Shown: piece by piece, positions 1 to 10,193 of the stretch
How the letters are laid out: each line of letters opens with the position of its first letter
Numbering within the stretch: the stretch's first letter is position 1
IMG/VR virus record: IMGVR_UViG_3300029288_004479
DNA length: 64,000 nt
Origin: a virus
Taxonomy: Duplodnaviria; Heunggongvirae; Uroviricota; Caudoviricetes
Strand: one strand, 5' to 3'
The notes under the pieces: generated by a model
The model's input: only the letters and a program-made list of their open reading frames with translations
Told to the model about the DNA's origin: nothing
Databases searched by the model: none
Made by a program: the position numbers and the translations under genes

Positions 1-1329
1 TATGAATATTATATGGCACTAAACGCTGCATTACTCGCAGCAGTTTGTATTAGTTTTACGTTATCAGGAGCATTGCCAAATATAAAGAAGATCATTTCGG
101 GACGGCCTGAACCAATACCCGAGGAAGAAATACCCAAAAGAAAAGGTAAGAAACAGAGAAAAGGTGGCAGCAGTGCAACGGCACCGGATATGAATCCCTC
201 GTTATACATACCGGTAATTATCCTCATTGCAGTTGCAGGACTCGGACTGATATTTGCATATAATTCCGTTACGATTGATTACCTCGGGGGCGTCAACAAA
301 CCGATCCAGATGAATCCCGATTGGAAAGAGTCGGCGTTATGGATGAAAAACAACACACCAGAAACAGGTGTGGATTATTACAAAGACTATGACAAATCCA
401 CGTTCATCTACCCCAACCAGTCGTATGGCGTAATGTCATGGTGGGATTACGGTCATATAATTACAACAATCGGAAACCGCATACCCACCGCAAACCCGTT
501 CCAGCAAGGTGTTGCCGGTAACAACGGTTCAGCCGCCTATTTCATGTCTGTATCAGAGGACGAAGCCAACAGGATTCTTGATGATCGCGGGACTCGGTAT
601 ATAATAACCGATGTTGAAATGGCGCAGGGCAAGTTATGGGCAATGGCGACATGGTATAACGAGACACTAGCGGCATCGCCGTATTACGATACGTTATATT
701 ATCCGAATCAAGAAGGTGGAGTTAATGTGGGGACGTTCAACAAACAGAACTATTATGAGACAATGGTAATAAGGCTCCACAACCTTGACGGGTCGATGAC
801 AAAAGCAGGAGACGTAATCTATATTGAATATACAGATCCGTTTATTACAAAGATGGCACTCCCGGTAATTACGAACGGGGGGTTAATGAACCATACCGAA
901 GCTATAACAAAAGCAGAGGCGTATAAACAATCTGCGCCAGCGATAGGGTATCATGCCGCAGTATACAATACAAACGTGTTAAGCCCGATAGAAGATGTCT
1001 CGGCGCTCCAGCACTATCGGTTAGTCCACGAATCGCCGACGAATGTATTTGCATCCGGCCCGTATGATCTCAAATACGTTAAAGTATTCGAATACGTCAA
1101 GGGCGCACATATTAAGGGAGAAGGGATTATTGAAGTCCCGATAGTTACAAACACCGGCAGGGCGTTCACGTATCGTCAGGAAAGTGTCAACGGGGAATTT
1201 ATCGTGCCGTATTCGACGGGTGGTTCTTCATATGACGTAAAGACAACCGGGGGATACAAGATTGCAGGGTCTGGTACGGAATACGAAGTCAGTGAACTTG
1301 CAGTGATGCAGGGACAGACGATAAATTAA
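1..1329 (+). CDS. aglB: AglB/STT3 archaeal oligosaccharyltransferase, C-terminal domain (5' end truncated by window start)
   Basis: ORF open to position 1; WWDYGH catalytic motif (VMSWWDYGHIITT); a TM helix precedes the soluble domain. Confidence 0.8.
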   Translation, partial: YEYYMALNAALLAAVCISFTLSGALPNIKKIISGRPEPIPEEEIPKRKGKKQRKGGSSATAPDMNPSLYIPVIILIAVAGLGLIFAYNSVTIDYLGGVNKPIQMNPDWKESALWMKNNTPETGVDYYKDYDKSTFIYPNQSYGVMSWWDYGHIITTIGNRIPTANPFQQGVAGNNGSAAYFMSVSEDEANRILDDRGTRYIITDVEMAQGKLWAMATWYNETLAASPYYDTLYYPNQEGGVNVGTFNKQNYYETMVIRLHNLDGSMTKAGDVIYIEYTDPFITKMALPVITNGGLMNHTEAITKAEAYKQSAPAIGYHAAVYNTNVLSPIEDVSALQHYRLVHESPTNVFASGPYDLKYVKVFEYVKGAHIKGEGIIEVPIVTNTGRAFTYRQESVNGEFIVPYSTGGSSYDVKTTGGYKIAGSGTEYEVSELAVMQGQTIN

Positions 1330-1348
1330 TTTTTAAGAGGTAAATATT

Positions 1349-1582
1349 ATGATTGACACAGAGAAATTTGAAGATGGAGATATCATTGAAGTGTTATACG
1401 AATATCCAATGTCACACCCGGTATACCCCGGCACTGAACACAAACTATTGGGAGTGATTGCAAGAGTCATCCCCCACAAGATCATGGTTCAGCACGACGA
1501 TCCATATCTACCACAAAAAATTATCGGAGTAGATAAATCGAGAGTATTGCGGCATTGGAAACTTATGGGGGAACAGAAATAA
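1349..1582 (+). CDS. hypothetical protein
   Basis: 77 aa ORF; AAGAGG SD 8 nt upstream of ATG. Confidence 0.45.
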   Translation: MIDTEKFEDGDIIEVLYEYPMSHPVYPGTEHKLLGVIARVIPHKIMVQHDDPYLPQKIIGVDKSRVLRHWKLMGEQK

Positions 1583-1842
1583 TGATTAACTGGAACGTAT
1601 GTTTGAAATTCTGGCTTCCGTTAGGGATAACATCGATCATAGTATGTGTGGTTTTGTGGTGTTATGTATTCCCAGCTATGATACCAGATGGAGGACATAA
1701 GGCGGAACCGTGGCTGGGGGTAGTTGGATGGATAATAGCGTTTATGACAGCATCGATAATTGTCTACCCGGACAAAATACGGGAGATAACAATTCCAGAT
1801 CCCGATTTACAGATGCCGCAACAAGAGGAACATAATGATTGA
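1555..1842 (+). CDS. small membrane protein, tandem paralog 1 (C-terminal IIVYPDK motif)
   Basis: 2 TM segments; shares C-terminal motif with 1835..2035 and 2041..2247. Confidence 0.5.
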   Translation: METYGGTEIMINWNVCLKFWLPLGITSIIVCVVLWCYVFPAMIPDGGHKAEPWLGVVGWIIAFMTASIIVYPDKIREITIPDPDLQMPQQEEHND

Positions 1843-2035
1843 TTGGAAATTCTGGTGTACGATAATTGGAGCAGCGTGTGTAATTTACACCGTGATGTGG
1901 TTTTTTGTATTACCGTATATAACTCATACAGAACCCCCAAGTGTTATACCTTATCTTGTGACAATGACACTTACACTTATAATAGCATCAGTAATCATAT
2001 ACCCAGACAAAGTTAGAGAAGCATTCTGGAGGTAA
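1835..2035 (+). CDS. small membrane protein, tandem paralog 2
   Basis: ATGA stop/start overlap with upstream gene; VIIYPDK motif. Confidence 0.5.
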   Translation: MIDWKFWCTIIGAACVIYTVMWFFVLPYITHTEPPSVIPYLVTMTLTLIIASVIIYPDKVREAFWR

Positions 2036-2040
2036 ATAAT

Positions 2041-2247
2041 ATGATTGATTGGAAATTCTGGTGTACGGTAATTGGAGCAGCGTGTGTAATTTACACCGTT
2101 GAATGATTTTGGGTGATTCCGGTAGTGTTTAAGGTTGAAGGCTCCAAGATCGTCACACCGTTTGTAATATCAACGATCTTCGCGTTTTTTGTTGGTCTGA
2201 TTGTAGTATATCCGGACAAACTTTATGAACTCTTTGAGAGGAACTGA
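2041..2247 (+). pseudogene. tandem paralog 3 interrupted by in-frame TGA (2104-2106) at a position aligned to TGG/Trp of paralog 2
   Basis: First 59 nt are near-identical to 1835-1893; the reading frame continues through TGA to the conserved VVYPDK C-terminus. Confidence 0.45.
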
Positions 2248-2447
2248 TCAAAAAACCTTAACAACATTAATTAAATATACCAGTATCGCTCAATAATTGT
2301 CGCAAATTCAAATTCGGGGCTAAAGATTTATCGGACTGCCCCGATAATAATCGTTATTTTAGAAAAGTATATATTATTGAACGCTGAAAAGGAAAACTAT
2401 ATATCAATCAATCACGCACCACTACTAAATTAAAAGGATTTTTCATC

Positions 2448-3239
2448 ATGTCAGAAAAGATTTTATTAGCTCTTGGAGACACGCACATTGGGAATGAAGG
2501 ATCTGTTATGCCGGAAGAAGTTAATTCAGATGAATTGATTCCGGGACGAAACAGACGATATTTTCCAAATCAGATACAAAAAGAGTTATTGAAGAAATGG
2601 TACGCAATGGTTGATGATTGTCCTCGACCGGATGTTCTTTTATTGAATGGTGATCTTGTAGATGGTAAAAACTACAAAGAGTCCGGGATGGGAACATGGA
2701 CTACGGATGTTCATTTACAGTCTCAAACATTAAAGGAACTAGTATCTATGCTAAAACCGCGTAAAATCGTAGGTACAAGTGGGAGTCCCTATCACAGCGA
2801 CAGGAACCCGAATATGGATAAAATTGCGGTAGAAGCGTGCGGAGGCACGTTCCGTGGTGGGTATGCGGCATTGAACATTGATGGTATAAGAGTTCACGCT
2901 CAACACAAGGTTTCAGTAAGTAAATCGACGTGGCAATATAGATCGACCCCCGTAGGTAGAGCAATGGTACTTGCGGCACTTAATGAATCCGATTTTGGGC
3001 ATTACGACGTTATTCTGAAATCGCATGCTCACTACTATTGTTATGTTGGATATAGCAACTCACTTGGTATAATTTTACCCGCATGGAAAGCCTACGACCC
3101 ATTCGGTGACACGAACTTGGAATTTAATAACCCGGCAATCGGGTATGTGAAATTTACAATTGAAAATGGTACATACTCGTTCGATGGCAACATCTCACAT
3201 TTCAAGCAGAAAGATCTCAGCCCGGATATTATCGTATAA
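2448..3239 (+). CDS. calcineurin-like metallophosphoesterase
   Basis: GDTHIG and LNGDLVDG motifs (GDxHG / GDxxDRG pattern). Confidence 0.65.
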   Translation: MSEKILLALGDTHIGNEGSVMPEEVNSDELIPGRNRRYFPNQIQKELLKKWYAMVDDCPRPDVLLLNGDLVDGKNYKESGMGTWTTDVHLQSQTLKELVSMLKPRKIVGTSGSPYHSDRNPNMDKIAVEACGGTFRGGYAALNIDGIRVHAQHKVSVSKSTWQYRSTPVGRAMVLAALNESDFGHYDVILKSHAHYYCYVGYSNSLGIILPAWKAYDPFGDTNLEFNNPAIGYVKFTIENGTYSFDGNISHFKQKDLSPDIIV

Positions 3240-3257
3240 TATTTAAGAGGCATCTCC

Positions 3258-3527
3258 ATGAAAGGAAGTACAAAATGCGATGAAATTTTTATTGACGAAC
3301 TCGAAGTTTTAATGAGAGAAGACCCAATGCAGACTCAGAAATGCGGTGCAGGGGGAAAACTTTGGTCACGTCGTGAAATGGCGATCCTGACAAAATATTA
3401 CGGGTATGTAAAAACGCGCGATCTCATCCCGTATATGGAGAATAGGAACCTTAATCAGATTCATGCCAAAGCGTTACGGATGGGATTATCTACAAATAAA
3501 GATGAAGACCCCGTAGAAAGGAACTAA
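3258..3527 (+). CDS. small SANT/Myb-like putative DNA-binding protein
   Basis: W-SRRE..IL.KYYGYV...I.PY..NR...QI..KA.RMG pattern; paralog of the N-terminus of 5762..6790. Confidence 0.45.
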   Translation: MKGSTKCDEIFIDELEVLMREDPMQTQKCGAGGKLWSRREMAILTKYYGYVKTRDLIPYMENRNLNQIHAKALRMGLSTNKDEDPVERN

Positions 3528-3752
3528 CATGCTCTCAAAAGAAACTATAATAAAAGGACTGGGTATATTTGGCGGCGCATATTTATTTATAACGAATGGT
3601 TTAAAGGGTGAGTAAAACCCCCCGGATTTATCCGTGGGGATAAAACGAACCCTTTGTCCGGTACTACGTTCATCAACAAGAAACATTATTCTTCACATAG
3701 AACTGTATAGTAGACAACTATATATGTGTCAACAGCATACAATAAAAGTGCA

Positions 3753-4142
3753 ATGGAGTATAAACATTCCAAAAACAAAGTGTTCCTAATGAACTATCAT
3801 TTAGTTTGGTGTCCGAAACGTAGGAAACCCGTTCTTGTTGATACGGTCAAGGAACGACTTGACCAGATAGTTCGTGAGGTCTGTAAAGAGAGGCAAGTAG
3901 ATATTCTGGCAATGGAGATAATGCCAGACCATATTCATTTATTCTTGTCAACGAACCCGGATATGCCAATTCAGGATGTGATACGGGTCATCAAGGGGAG
4001 AAGTTCTAACCATCTCCGGAAAGAGTTTCCCGACCTCTTGAAGTTGCCATCGTTGTGGACACACTCGTATTTCATCTCAACAGCAGGAAATGTTTGTTCT
4101 GAGACTATCCGAAGATATATTGAGGAGCAGAGTACTCAATGA
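3753..4142 (+). CDS. tnpA: IS200-type Y1 (HUH) transposase TnpA
   Basis: HIHLF HuH motif; YHLVWCPKRRK N-terminal block; ~130 aa. Confidence 0.85.
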   Translation: MEYKHSKNKVFLMNYHLVWCPKRRKPVLVDTVKERLDQIVREVCKERQVDILAMEIMPDHIHLFLSTNPDMPIQDVIRVIKGRSSNHLRKEFPDLLKLPSLWTHSYFISTAGNVCSETIRRYIEEQSTQ

Positions 4143-5317
4143 TTAACGTCACCCGGTATCGAGTATATCCCACGAGGGAACAAGCAGACACGATATTCAG
4201 ACAGTTTGGACTGTGTACTGATCTGAGAAACAAGTGTCTGGATACCGGAAATTTTGACGTTCGACAACTCCCAAACTTCAAGAAAGAAACACCGGAACTA
4301 AAAGAAGTTCATAGTGTAGTTTTGCAGAATATGATGTTCCAGATAAAAGAGAACATTAAAACGCTGTCGAAACTGAAAAAGAAAGGTTTTCGTGTAGGTA
4401 AACTCCGGCACAAACCGGTCAGGTCGCTCATCTACGAGCAGACAGGGTATAAGTTCATCGGGAACCGGTTGTCGTTGAGCAAGGTTGGTAACCTGCGTAT
4501 TTCGATCTCGCGGTCAATACCGGGCGTCGTGAAACAGATAGTTTTGAAGTTCACTAAGACCCACAAGTGGTTCGTGTCGGTGATATCGAGAACGACCGAT
4601 GAACCGGTGAAGTGTGAGAGTACCCGAATCGTGGGTATTGACATGAACCTGATAGTATTCTCGCACGACAGTGACAATCACACCAAACAGCATCCGCATA
4701 ATGTTAGAAACGCTTTGAGACAGTTAAGCAGAGCACAGCGCAAGATGAGTCGGAAAGTCAAGGGTAGTCATAACCGTAGGAAACAGAGGGTAATAGTTGC
4801 CCGAGTCCATGAAACGGTACAAAACCGTCGAGATGATTTCCTGCACAAGTGGAGTACCAAGTATGTATATCAAAGTAACTATTCCGGGATTGCGGTCGAG
4901 AAGTTGAATATCAGGGATATGATAAAATATAATATGGATATGCAGGATAAGAAGAAGCGTCGATCTAAAAACCGCAATACTTTTGATGCAGCGTGGTTCA
5001 AGGCGAGAACGTTTCTCCAATACAAGGCTGAAAGAGCTGGTATTGACTTCAGGGTAGTTGATCCTGCATATACCACACAAACCTGTTCAAAGTGCGGTCA
5101 CCGACAAAAGATGGACGAAAGTATAAGAACATATATTTGTCCGGTCTGTGGGATGACAACAAACAGGGATCTGAACGCCGCTATTAATATTAAAAAGAGG
5201 GCGTTCGGTGTAGGGTTGGTGACACCCGAATCCAAGCTTGTGGAGATTGATACCTCTATTCCGAACAGCGACTCGGAACAAGTATCGACCAATGAAACAA
5301 GAATCCCCTGCCTTTAG
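4139..5317 (+). CDS. tnpB: TnpB (OrfB) RuvC-like RNA-guided nuclease of IS605 family
   Basis: C-terminal CSKCG...CPVCG zinc finger; typical OrfB length and layout. Confidence 0.85.
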   Translation: MINVTRYRVYPTREQADTIFRQFGLCTDLRNKCLDTGNFDVRQLPNFKKETPELKEVHSVVLQNMMFQIKENIKTLSKLKKKGFRVGKLRHKPVRSLIYEQTGYKFIGNRLSLSKVGNLRISISRSIPGVVKQIVLKFTKTHKWFVSVISRTTDEPVKCESTRIVGIDMNLIVFSHDSDNHTKQHPHNVRNALRQLSRAQRKMSRKVKGSHNRRKQRVIVARVHETVQNRRDDFLHKWSTKYVYQSNYSGIAVEKLNIRDMIKYNMDMQDKKKRRSKNRNTFDAAWFKARTFLQYKAERAGIDFRVVDPAYTTQTCSKCGHRQKMDESIRTYICPVCGMTTNRDLNAAINIKKRAFGVGLVTPESKLVEIDTSIPNSDSEQVSTNETRIPCL

Positions 5318-5761
5318 GCATGGGGAGTCTCAAGTATGATAGCAATAAAAAGATGTTTAGTAGATAGGAATGCAGGAGAGGTGCAACAACAGTGATTACG
5401 AAAGAGAATTTACCTGTTATAATTATCTGTAGTATTATTGGATTTTTGTTCCTGTTTAGTGTACTGATGATACTAAATTATATTTCAGGGCATATGGATA
5501 CAACCACAATTACCTTATCCGCAGTAACGGCACTTATACTGGATCTCATAGCAGTATGTATAGCAACATATCAAACATGGGGAATTAAAAGATAACTGGA
5601 GTATGATCAATCATGTCAAGCCTCGGAGAAATAATCAGGACGTTTGAAACCCGGAAGAACGTTGCGAAAGCGAAGATCGATACGGGGTATGATATCGAAC
5701 GACAGAAATTAGTATATGATATTTACTCGGAAGCTCTGGTCGATCTAAAAAGAATCAGGAG

Positions 5762-6790
5762 ATGATATTAATGACGGAAAATTATGATGAATGTGTTGTC
5801 GATGATATATATGTTGAAGGACTCGAACGGTTAATGGATAAATACGGGCGCACAAGAGTCTCCAGTAAAACCGGAACAGCGGCATGGTCACGACGAGAAG
5901 GAGATATCCTGAAAAAATATTACGGGTATGTTCCAACAGACAAGATCAAACCGTATCTCAACAACCGCACAACCGATCAGATCCAACACAAAGCTGTCCG
6001 GATGGGAATTACGAATCGGTTATTAAAAGAAGATACAAAGATTACCGAACCAAAACCGTTACCGATCTATATTGTGAATCCGAAGATTGAAGGGAGCGGG
6101 ATGATGGGATGCATTCCCCAGAAAGGGCGATGCCCGAACGGTTGCGAAGATTGTTTCTTCCAGAGCGGCAGATCATATCTCGAACCGTTAACCGATCATT
6201 TGCCGAATATGCCGCCGAAAGCGATGGCGATGCACCGTATTATCCGGGTAAACGACGGGAATGATTCAAACAACCAGAGAGAACTCGTTATTAAAGAAAC
6301 TGAAAAGTATCCAATGAAATATTACAACACGGCAATCCCAAACCACATTGAAGAATTTCCCGGGCCGGTTGTATTGACCGTGAACCCGGGCAAACTAACG
6401 GATACAAAATATCATACGTTCAAGAAGATCCCGCAGAATTTAATGTTTGTCCGGATCAGGACGAATACGTGGAACCTTGAAAATATTGTAAGACCGGCAG
6501 TGAAATATTATACCGATAAGGACGTTCCGGTCGTCCTGACGTTCATGGCATATTACGAGAAGAAACCCAAAATGGGAAAAGATTATATGTATCGTAAACG
6601 AACTATGAACTCATATTACGCAATTACCACGGCAGCATGGGAAAAGATCATGTCGGAATTCAAATACAACAAACGCGTTTATTCTTGCGGCAAGATCGAA
6701 GGCGAAAAAGGATCGACGGGTTGTAAATATTGCGGTAATTGTATCAGAGAATATTTTGCAACAATGGAACGAATATATCAGGCACAATGA
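5762..6790 (+). CDS. two-domain protein: N-terminal SANT-like domain plus CxxxCxxC Cys-cluster domain (possible radical-SAM-like)
   Basis: N-terminus paralogous to 3258..3527; CPNGCEDCFF motif; C-terminal CGKIEGEKGSTGCKYCGNC. Confidence 0.45.
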   Translation: MILMTENYDECVVDDIYVEGLERLMDKYGRTRVSSKTGTAAWSRREGDILKKYYGYVPTDKIKPYLNNRTTDQIQHKAVRMGITNRLLKEDTKITEPKPLPIYIVNPKIEGSGMMGCIPQKGRCPNGCEDCFFQSGRSYLEPLTDHLPNMPPKAMAMHRIIRVNDGNDSNNQRELVIKETEKYPMKYYNTAIPNHIEEFPGPVVLTVNPGKLTDTKYHTFKKIPQNLMFVRIRTNTWNLENIVRPAVKYYTDKDVPVVLTFMAYYEKKPKMGKDYMYRKRTMNSYYAITTAAWEKIMSEFKYNKRVYSCGKIEGEKGSTGCKYCGNCIREYFATMERIYQAQ

Positions 6791-6806
6791 ACGAAGGTAA
6801 TAGATC

Positions 6807-7049
6807 ATGACAGCAGAGATTGAGTTAAGAAACAGCAGCGAACGGAAATTTGTAGATATCTCGTGTGAGTATCTGCGCACGTATGACTTTGGCGGATATA
6901 CAGTTGAAATACCGAACCCGCAATGGTTGCACCGGTCAGAATCCGGACATTATATTCTGGACGATATGGAAGTTATGCACTTTATTCCGGATGGATGGAT
7001 GCACCTGACATGGGCGGTTAAACCCGGCGAACCCCACATCGTAGTGTGA
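6807..7049 (+). CDS. hypothetical protein
   Basis: 80 aa ORF with upstream SD. Confidence 0.4.
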   Translation: MTAEIELRNSSERKFVDISCEYLRTYDFGGYTVEIPNPQWLHRSESGHYILDDMEVMHFIPDGWMHLTWAVKPGEPHIVV

Positions 7050-7071
7050 ATAGGGATTGCGGTGATTCTCA

Positions 7072-7452
7072 ATGGTCACCCAAACCCAATTCAAACAACT
7101 AACGAAAAGATACGCGGAAGATTATAAGTGTAAAGTAGAGTTTACGCGGCATAGTCGCAAAGGCAAATCCGTTGTGCTCTGTACAATTAAAGCGGACGTT
7201 CCCGGACAAGGTGCGTGCACGACTGCTATCAGGCATTTATTATTAGAACTCAAAAAACTGAAACTAAAAGAGGTAATAGTTTATGCGTCGCCATTGGGGG
7301 ATGAATATATATTAGACTCGCTTGAGAAAGAGAGGATAGTGAGACGGTTGGCAAGTTGGTATGTCAGGGAATTCGGGTTTGAAATGACAGAAGTTTGCCT
7401 GAACAGAGTATCAAAATATATAACCTGTATTGAACTGAAAAAGGTATTGTAA
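7072..7452 (+). CDS. hypothetical protein
   Basis: 126 aa ORF. Confidence 0.45.
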   Translation: MVTQTQFKQLTKRYAEDYKCKVEFTRHSRKGKSVVLCTIKADVPGQGACTTAIRHLLLELKKLKLKEVIVYASPLGDEYILDSLEKERIVRRLASWYVREFGFEMTEVCLNRVSKYITCIELKKVL

Positions 7453-7629
7453 TATGTTCGATAATGTAGAGATCGGCTGGAAATATTTTGCGTGTATGGG
7501 TTTTGCAGCAATTGCTACATATATTATTCTAAGACCGGACGATCTCGTTCGGTTTGCGATGTCCGTAGTAACCGGAACATTAATTGCTTCAATCATCGTA
7601 TTCTATTGCAAATATTATATGTGATAAGT

Positions 7630-7821
7630 ATGGACGAAACAAAACGCAAAGCATTTGCCAATCGTATCCTGTGGGGTATAGATCATAGCGCAAATAAACG
7701 CATCGCATTTAAAGACCCGAAAATGATTGAGTTCTGCGATGAGTTAGTGAAGGAAAAAGTACTTGAAGTATCGGTGATTAATAATAAAAGATGGTTCTCC
7801 CGACCGACCCAACAAAAATAA
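7630..7821 (+). CDS. hypothetical protein (internal ATG start of ORF-track 7492..7821)
   Basis: An upstream 57-aa membrane ORF 7454..7627 occupies the 5' part of the listed ORF. Confidence 0.35.
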   Translation: MDETKRKAFANRILWGIDHSANKRIAFKDPKMIEFCDELVKEKVLEVSVINNKRWFSRPTQQK

Positions 7822-7830
7822 TATGAGGTT

Positions 7831-8115
7831 ATGATGTGGTTTTTTGATAATTTAAGAAGGGCAGCAACAGAACGGCAGATCGTCGAAACGGATAAAGAAA
7901 CGATGGATCATGCACGTAGAAGCATACTAAAATTAATGGTGTTTGGGAAGGAATATGAAATGTCTGGTGCAGATGTATTAACTATAATGGATCATTTCGT
8001 AAAAGAAGGATACATTTCAAAAACTAAAAATGGAAAATATATAAAGATTAGAGATATGTGTGACGAACCAACGCAAATAATAACAAATCGTTTTTCAGAT
8101 CTGGATGTGGTATAA
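7831..8115 (+). CDS. hypothetical protein
   Basis: 94 aa ORF. Confidence 0.4.
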   Translation: MMWFFDNLRRAATERQIVETDKETMDHARRSILKLMVFGKEYEMSGADVLTIMDHFVKEGYISKTKNGKYIKIRDMCDEPTQIITNRFSDLDVV

Positions 8116-8271
8116 AATATGGATTTTAACGTAAACTCAATCTGGCCGTATATTGTAGCGATTGCAATTGGTTTCTTTCTATCGTGGTTTGTATTACCGT
8201 GGATCTTGAGACAGATAAATCAAAGGTAATCTAACAGTCATCGGGGCAGGTAGATTTAGTATCCCCCGGCG

Positions 8272-8649
8272 ATGTATATGACAGAACTGATTTGTGAGCA
8301 TTGCCGTATCGGAATAGCAATGTACGGATTATACGGGCGAGTGCGCGTATATGAATGCGTATTGAATAAACGCCATAAAAAGTGGCTGGCCGGATTCGAA
8401 GAACCCTGTGACGGTGCACCGTGCACAACCAGTAATCTGGTTCTCAAAGGTAAAGGCAAAGACAAATATTGGGATCGCGTGTGTAATTTTCCTTACAAAC
8501 TCATTCCGATAGATCAGATGCAGAAATCAGAAGATTGTTTGAAACAGGAAAGAGAAGAGAAAAAAGAACGCGAAGAGAAAGCAGCAAAGTTGAGAAAAGA
8601 AGCAGAAGATTTATTGTTGAAGGCGAGAGAATTAGATAAAACAAGGTAA
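8272..8649 (+). CDS. hypothetical protein with Cys-rich N-terminus and K/E-rich coiled-coil tail
   Basis: CEHC...C...C cluster; EEKKEREEKAAKLRKEAE tail. Confidence 0.4.
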   Translation: MYMTELICEHCRIGIAMYGLYGRVRVYECVLNKRHKKWLAGFEEPCDGAPCTTSNLVLKGKGKDKYWDRVCNFPYKLIPIDQMQKSEDCLKQEREEKKEREEKAAKLRKEAEDLLLKARELDKTR

Positions 8650-8655
8650 GGGGTA

Positions 8656-9228
8656 TTGTGTGTTATGGAAGAATCAGAATTACAACCACTTTTTGATAAA
8701 ATGTGTCGAAACGGATGGGTATCTTATTGCAAAACAATCAAAAGTGTGACAAAAAATGAAATGGGGCTGTGTTTTGGTGTTCCATGTTCACCAGATCCCA
8801 AAGAAAACTGGATTTTTTATGATCCAAAACTTATAAAATATTTAGATGAATACACTATAATATGGATGATTCTTCATGAAGAAGGACATCGGAGACTCCG
8901 CTGTGGTGGAATCGATTGTGAAAACAACAATGTTACCAATATTGATAAATGGTCTCATTATGATCACGAATATAATGCCGATGGATATGCAGCACGAATT
9001 TTAAACAAAACATGTGATTTGGAACAGGTCTTCAGAAGTAATGAAGAAAAATATAAAGAATGTTGTAAAAACAACCCCTTGTGTAGTATTTTAGGGAAAA
9101 TACAAAGGTTGCATCTTTTGTCATATTATATAATGAACGAGTGGAAGTTTAGTAAGCGCACACACCCAACAACGGGGGAACGAATAGAACATATGAAAGA
9201 ACTTTGCAAACGATTGAACTTGGACTGA
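8656..9228 (+). CDS. putative zinc metalloprotease (HExxH)
   Basis: WMILHEEGHRRL motif. Confidence 0.5.
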   Translation: MCVMEESELQPLFDKMCRNGWVSYCKTIKSVTKNEMGLCFGVPCSPDPKENWIFYDPKLIKYLDEYTIIWMILHEEGHRRLRCGGIDCENNNVTNIDKWSHYDHEYNADGYAARILNKTCDLEQVFRSNEEKYKECCKNNPLCSILGKIQRLHLLSYYIMNEWKFSKRTHPTTGERIEHMKELCKRLNLD

Positions 9229-10193
9229 AACCTTAAATACTTAAACTTCCCATATCTTTTCGTCCACACATAGGTGTGTCAGATAGATTTATGCACATGC
9301 ATAAACTTCAGGCACACCAACCCGTGGGACACATCCTTTAATTTTAGTTAAATCCAAAAAAGTCTATCAGACGGTAACTATGTTTTTTAGTGCATTGTTT
9401 TTACTGGTTCCGTGTCCCACAAGTGAAAATTATATTTCTGTATATACAGAATCAAAAGTTGCTAAAATCGTGCAGTAGATGCAAAAGGCACCTATGAACT
9501 TACAAACACTTCAGACGAGAAATGCAAAAAGATCTATTATAATCTAAAAACGGCATTTCGCGCATACATATACAGATTTAAAAAAATGTTGTCATTCACC
9601 GTATATTTTCTTAACAAACGATGTAAACATTAATATCTCCTAAAGATAATAGGGGATACAATGAAAAAAGATCTTGAATCTGTAATAAATGATTTGAGGG
9701 GGTCTGCAATATCCAAATGCAAGGAGCGAATAGCAGAGGCAAAGAAGACTGGTATTAAGAAACGTGAACCGGAAAAAGGGATTACATCGGTCTTAAAAAG
9801 TAAATATTTATAGTAACTAGATAAAATATATAAACCAACACAGCATATCCTGAGATTGTGAACCGCAATGTCGAGAACAAGACGTATCTACAACGATGCA
9901 AAGAAATGGCTTCACGGAAAACTTCCATTACCTGTTGTAAGCAGCGAATGGGCAACAATGGAATATTACACAAGGAAATACGATCCGTTTAGGCAGTACA
10001 AACATTTTAGATGTCACTGCGACTCGTGGTGTCGCCCAAAGACAAATCAAATCGGTTCTTTAAGGGAACAACGGAAAAAATATATTCGCATGGAACTTAT
10101 GAATATTTAATGATCCGAGTAAAGTGCATGGAGTGTGGAGTTTCCATACCTCCGTTCACTATAGTAAAACACATAATGGGGCAACCTGTCTGT

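Larger units (their letters stand above)
3600..5330 (+). mobile_element. IS200/IS605-family insertion sequence (tnpA+tnpB, co-directional, IS608-like layout)
   Basis: Subterminal GC hairpins at 3618-3639 and 5305-5325; tnpA and tnpB overlap via ATGA. Confidence 0.8.

Noticed and set aside
2746-2979. Minus-strand ORFs nested inside plus-strand genes (for example 9-227, 2746-2979, 4432-4677, 4724-5080, 19250-19693, 33913-34371, 45982-46330, 58393-58614)
   Set aside because: They overlap better-supported plus-strand genes that have recognisable motifs or paralogy, they lack an SD, and they have the composition typical of antisense frames. The exceptions are the two minus-strand paralogs at 19869-20564 and the genes at 55460-56385, which were kept.
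5762-6790. Firm radical-SAM assignment for the CPNGCEDC motif
   Set aside because: The CxxxCxxC motif is at residue ~118 with no other radical-SAM signature recognised by eye. It is kept only as a tentative Cys-cluster domain.
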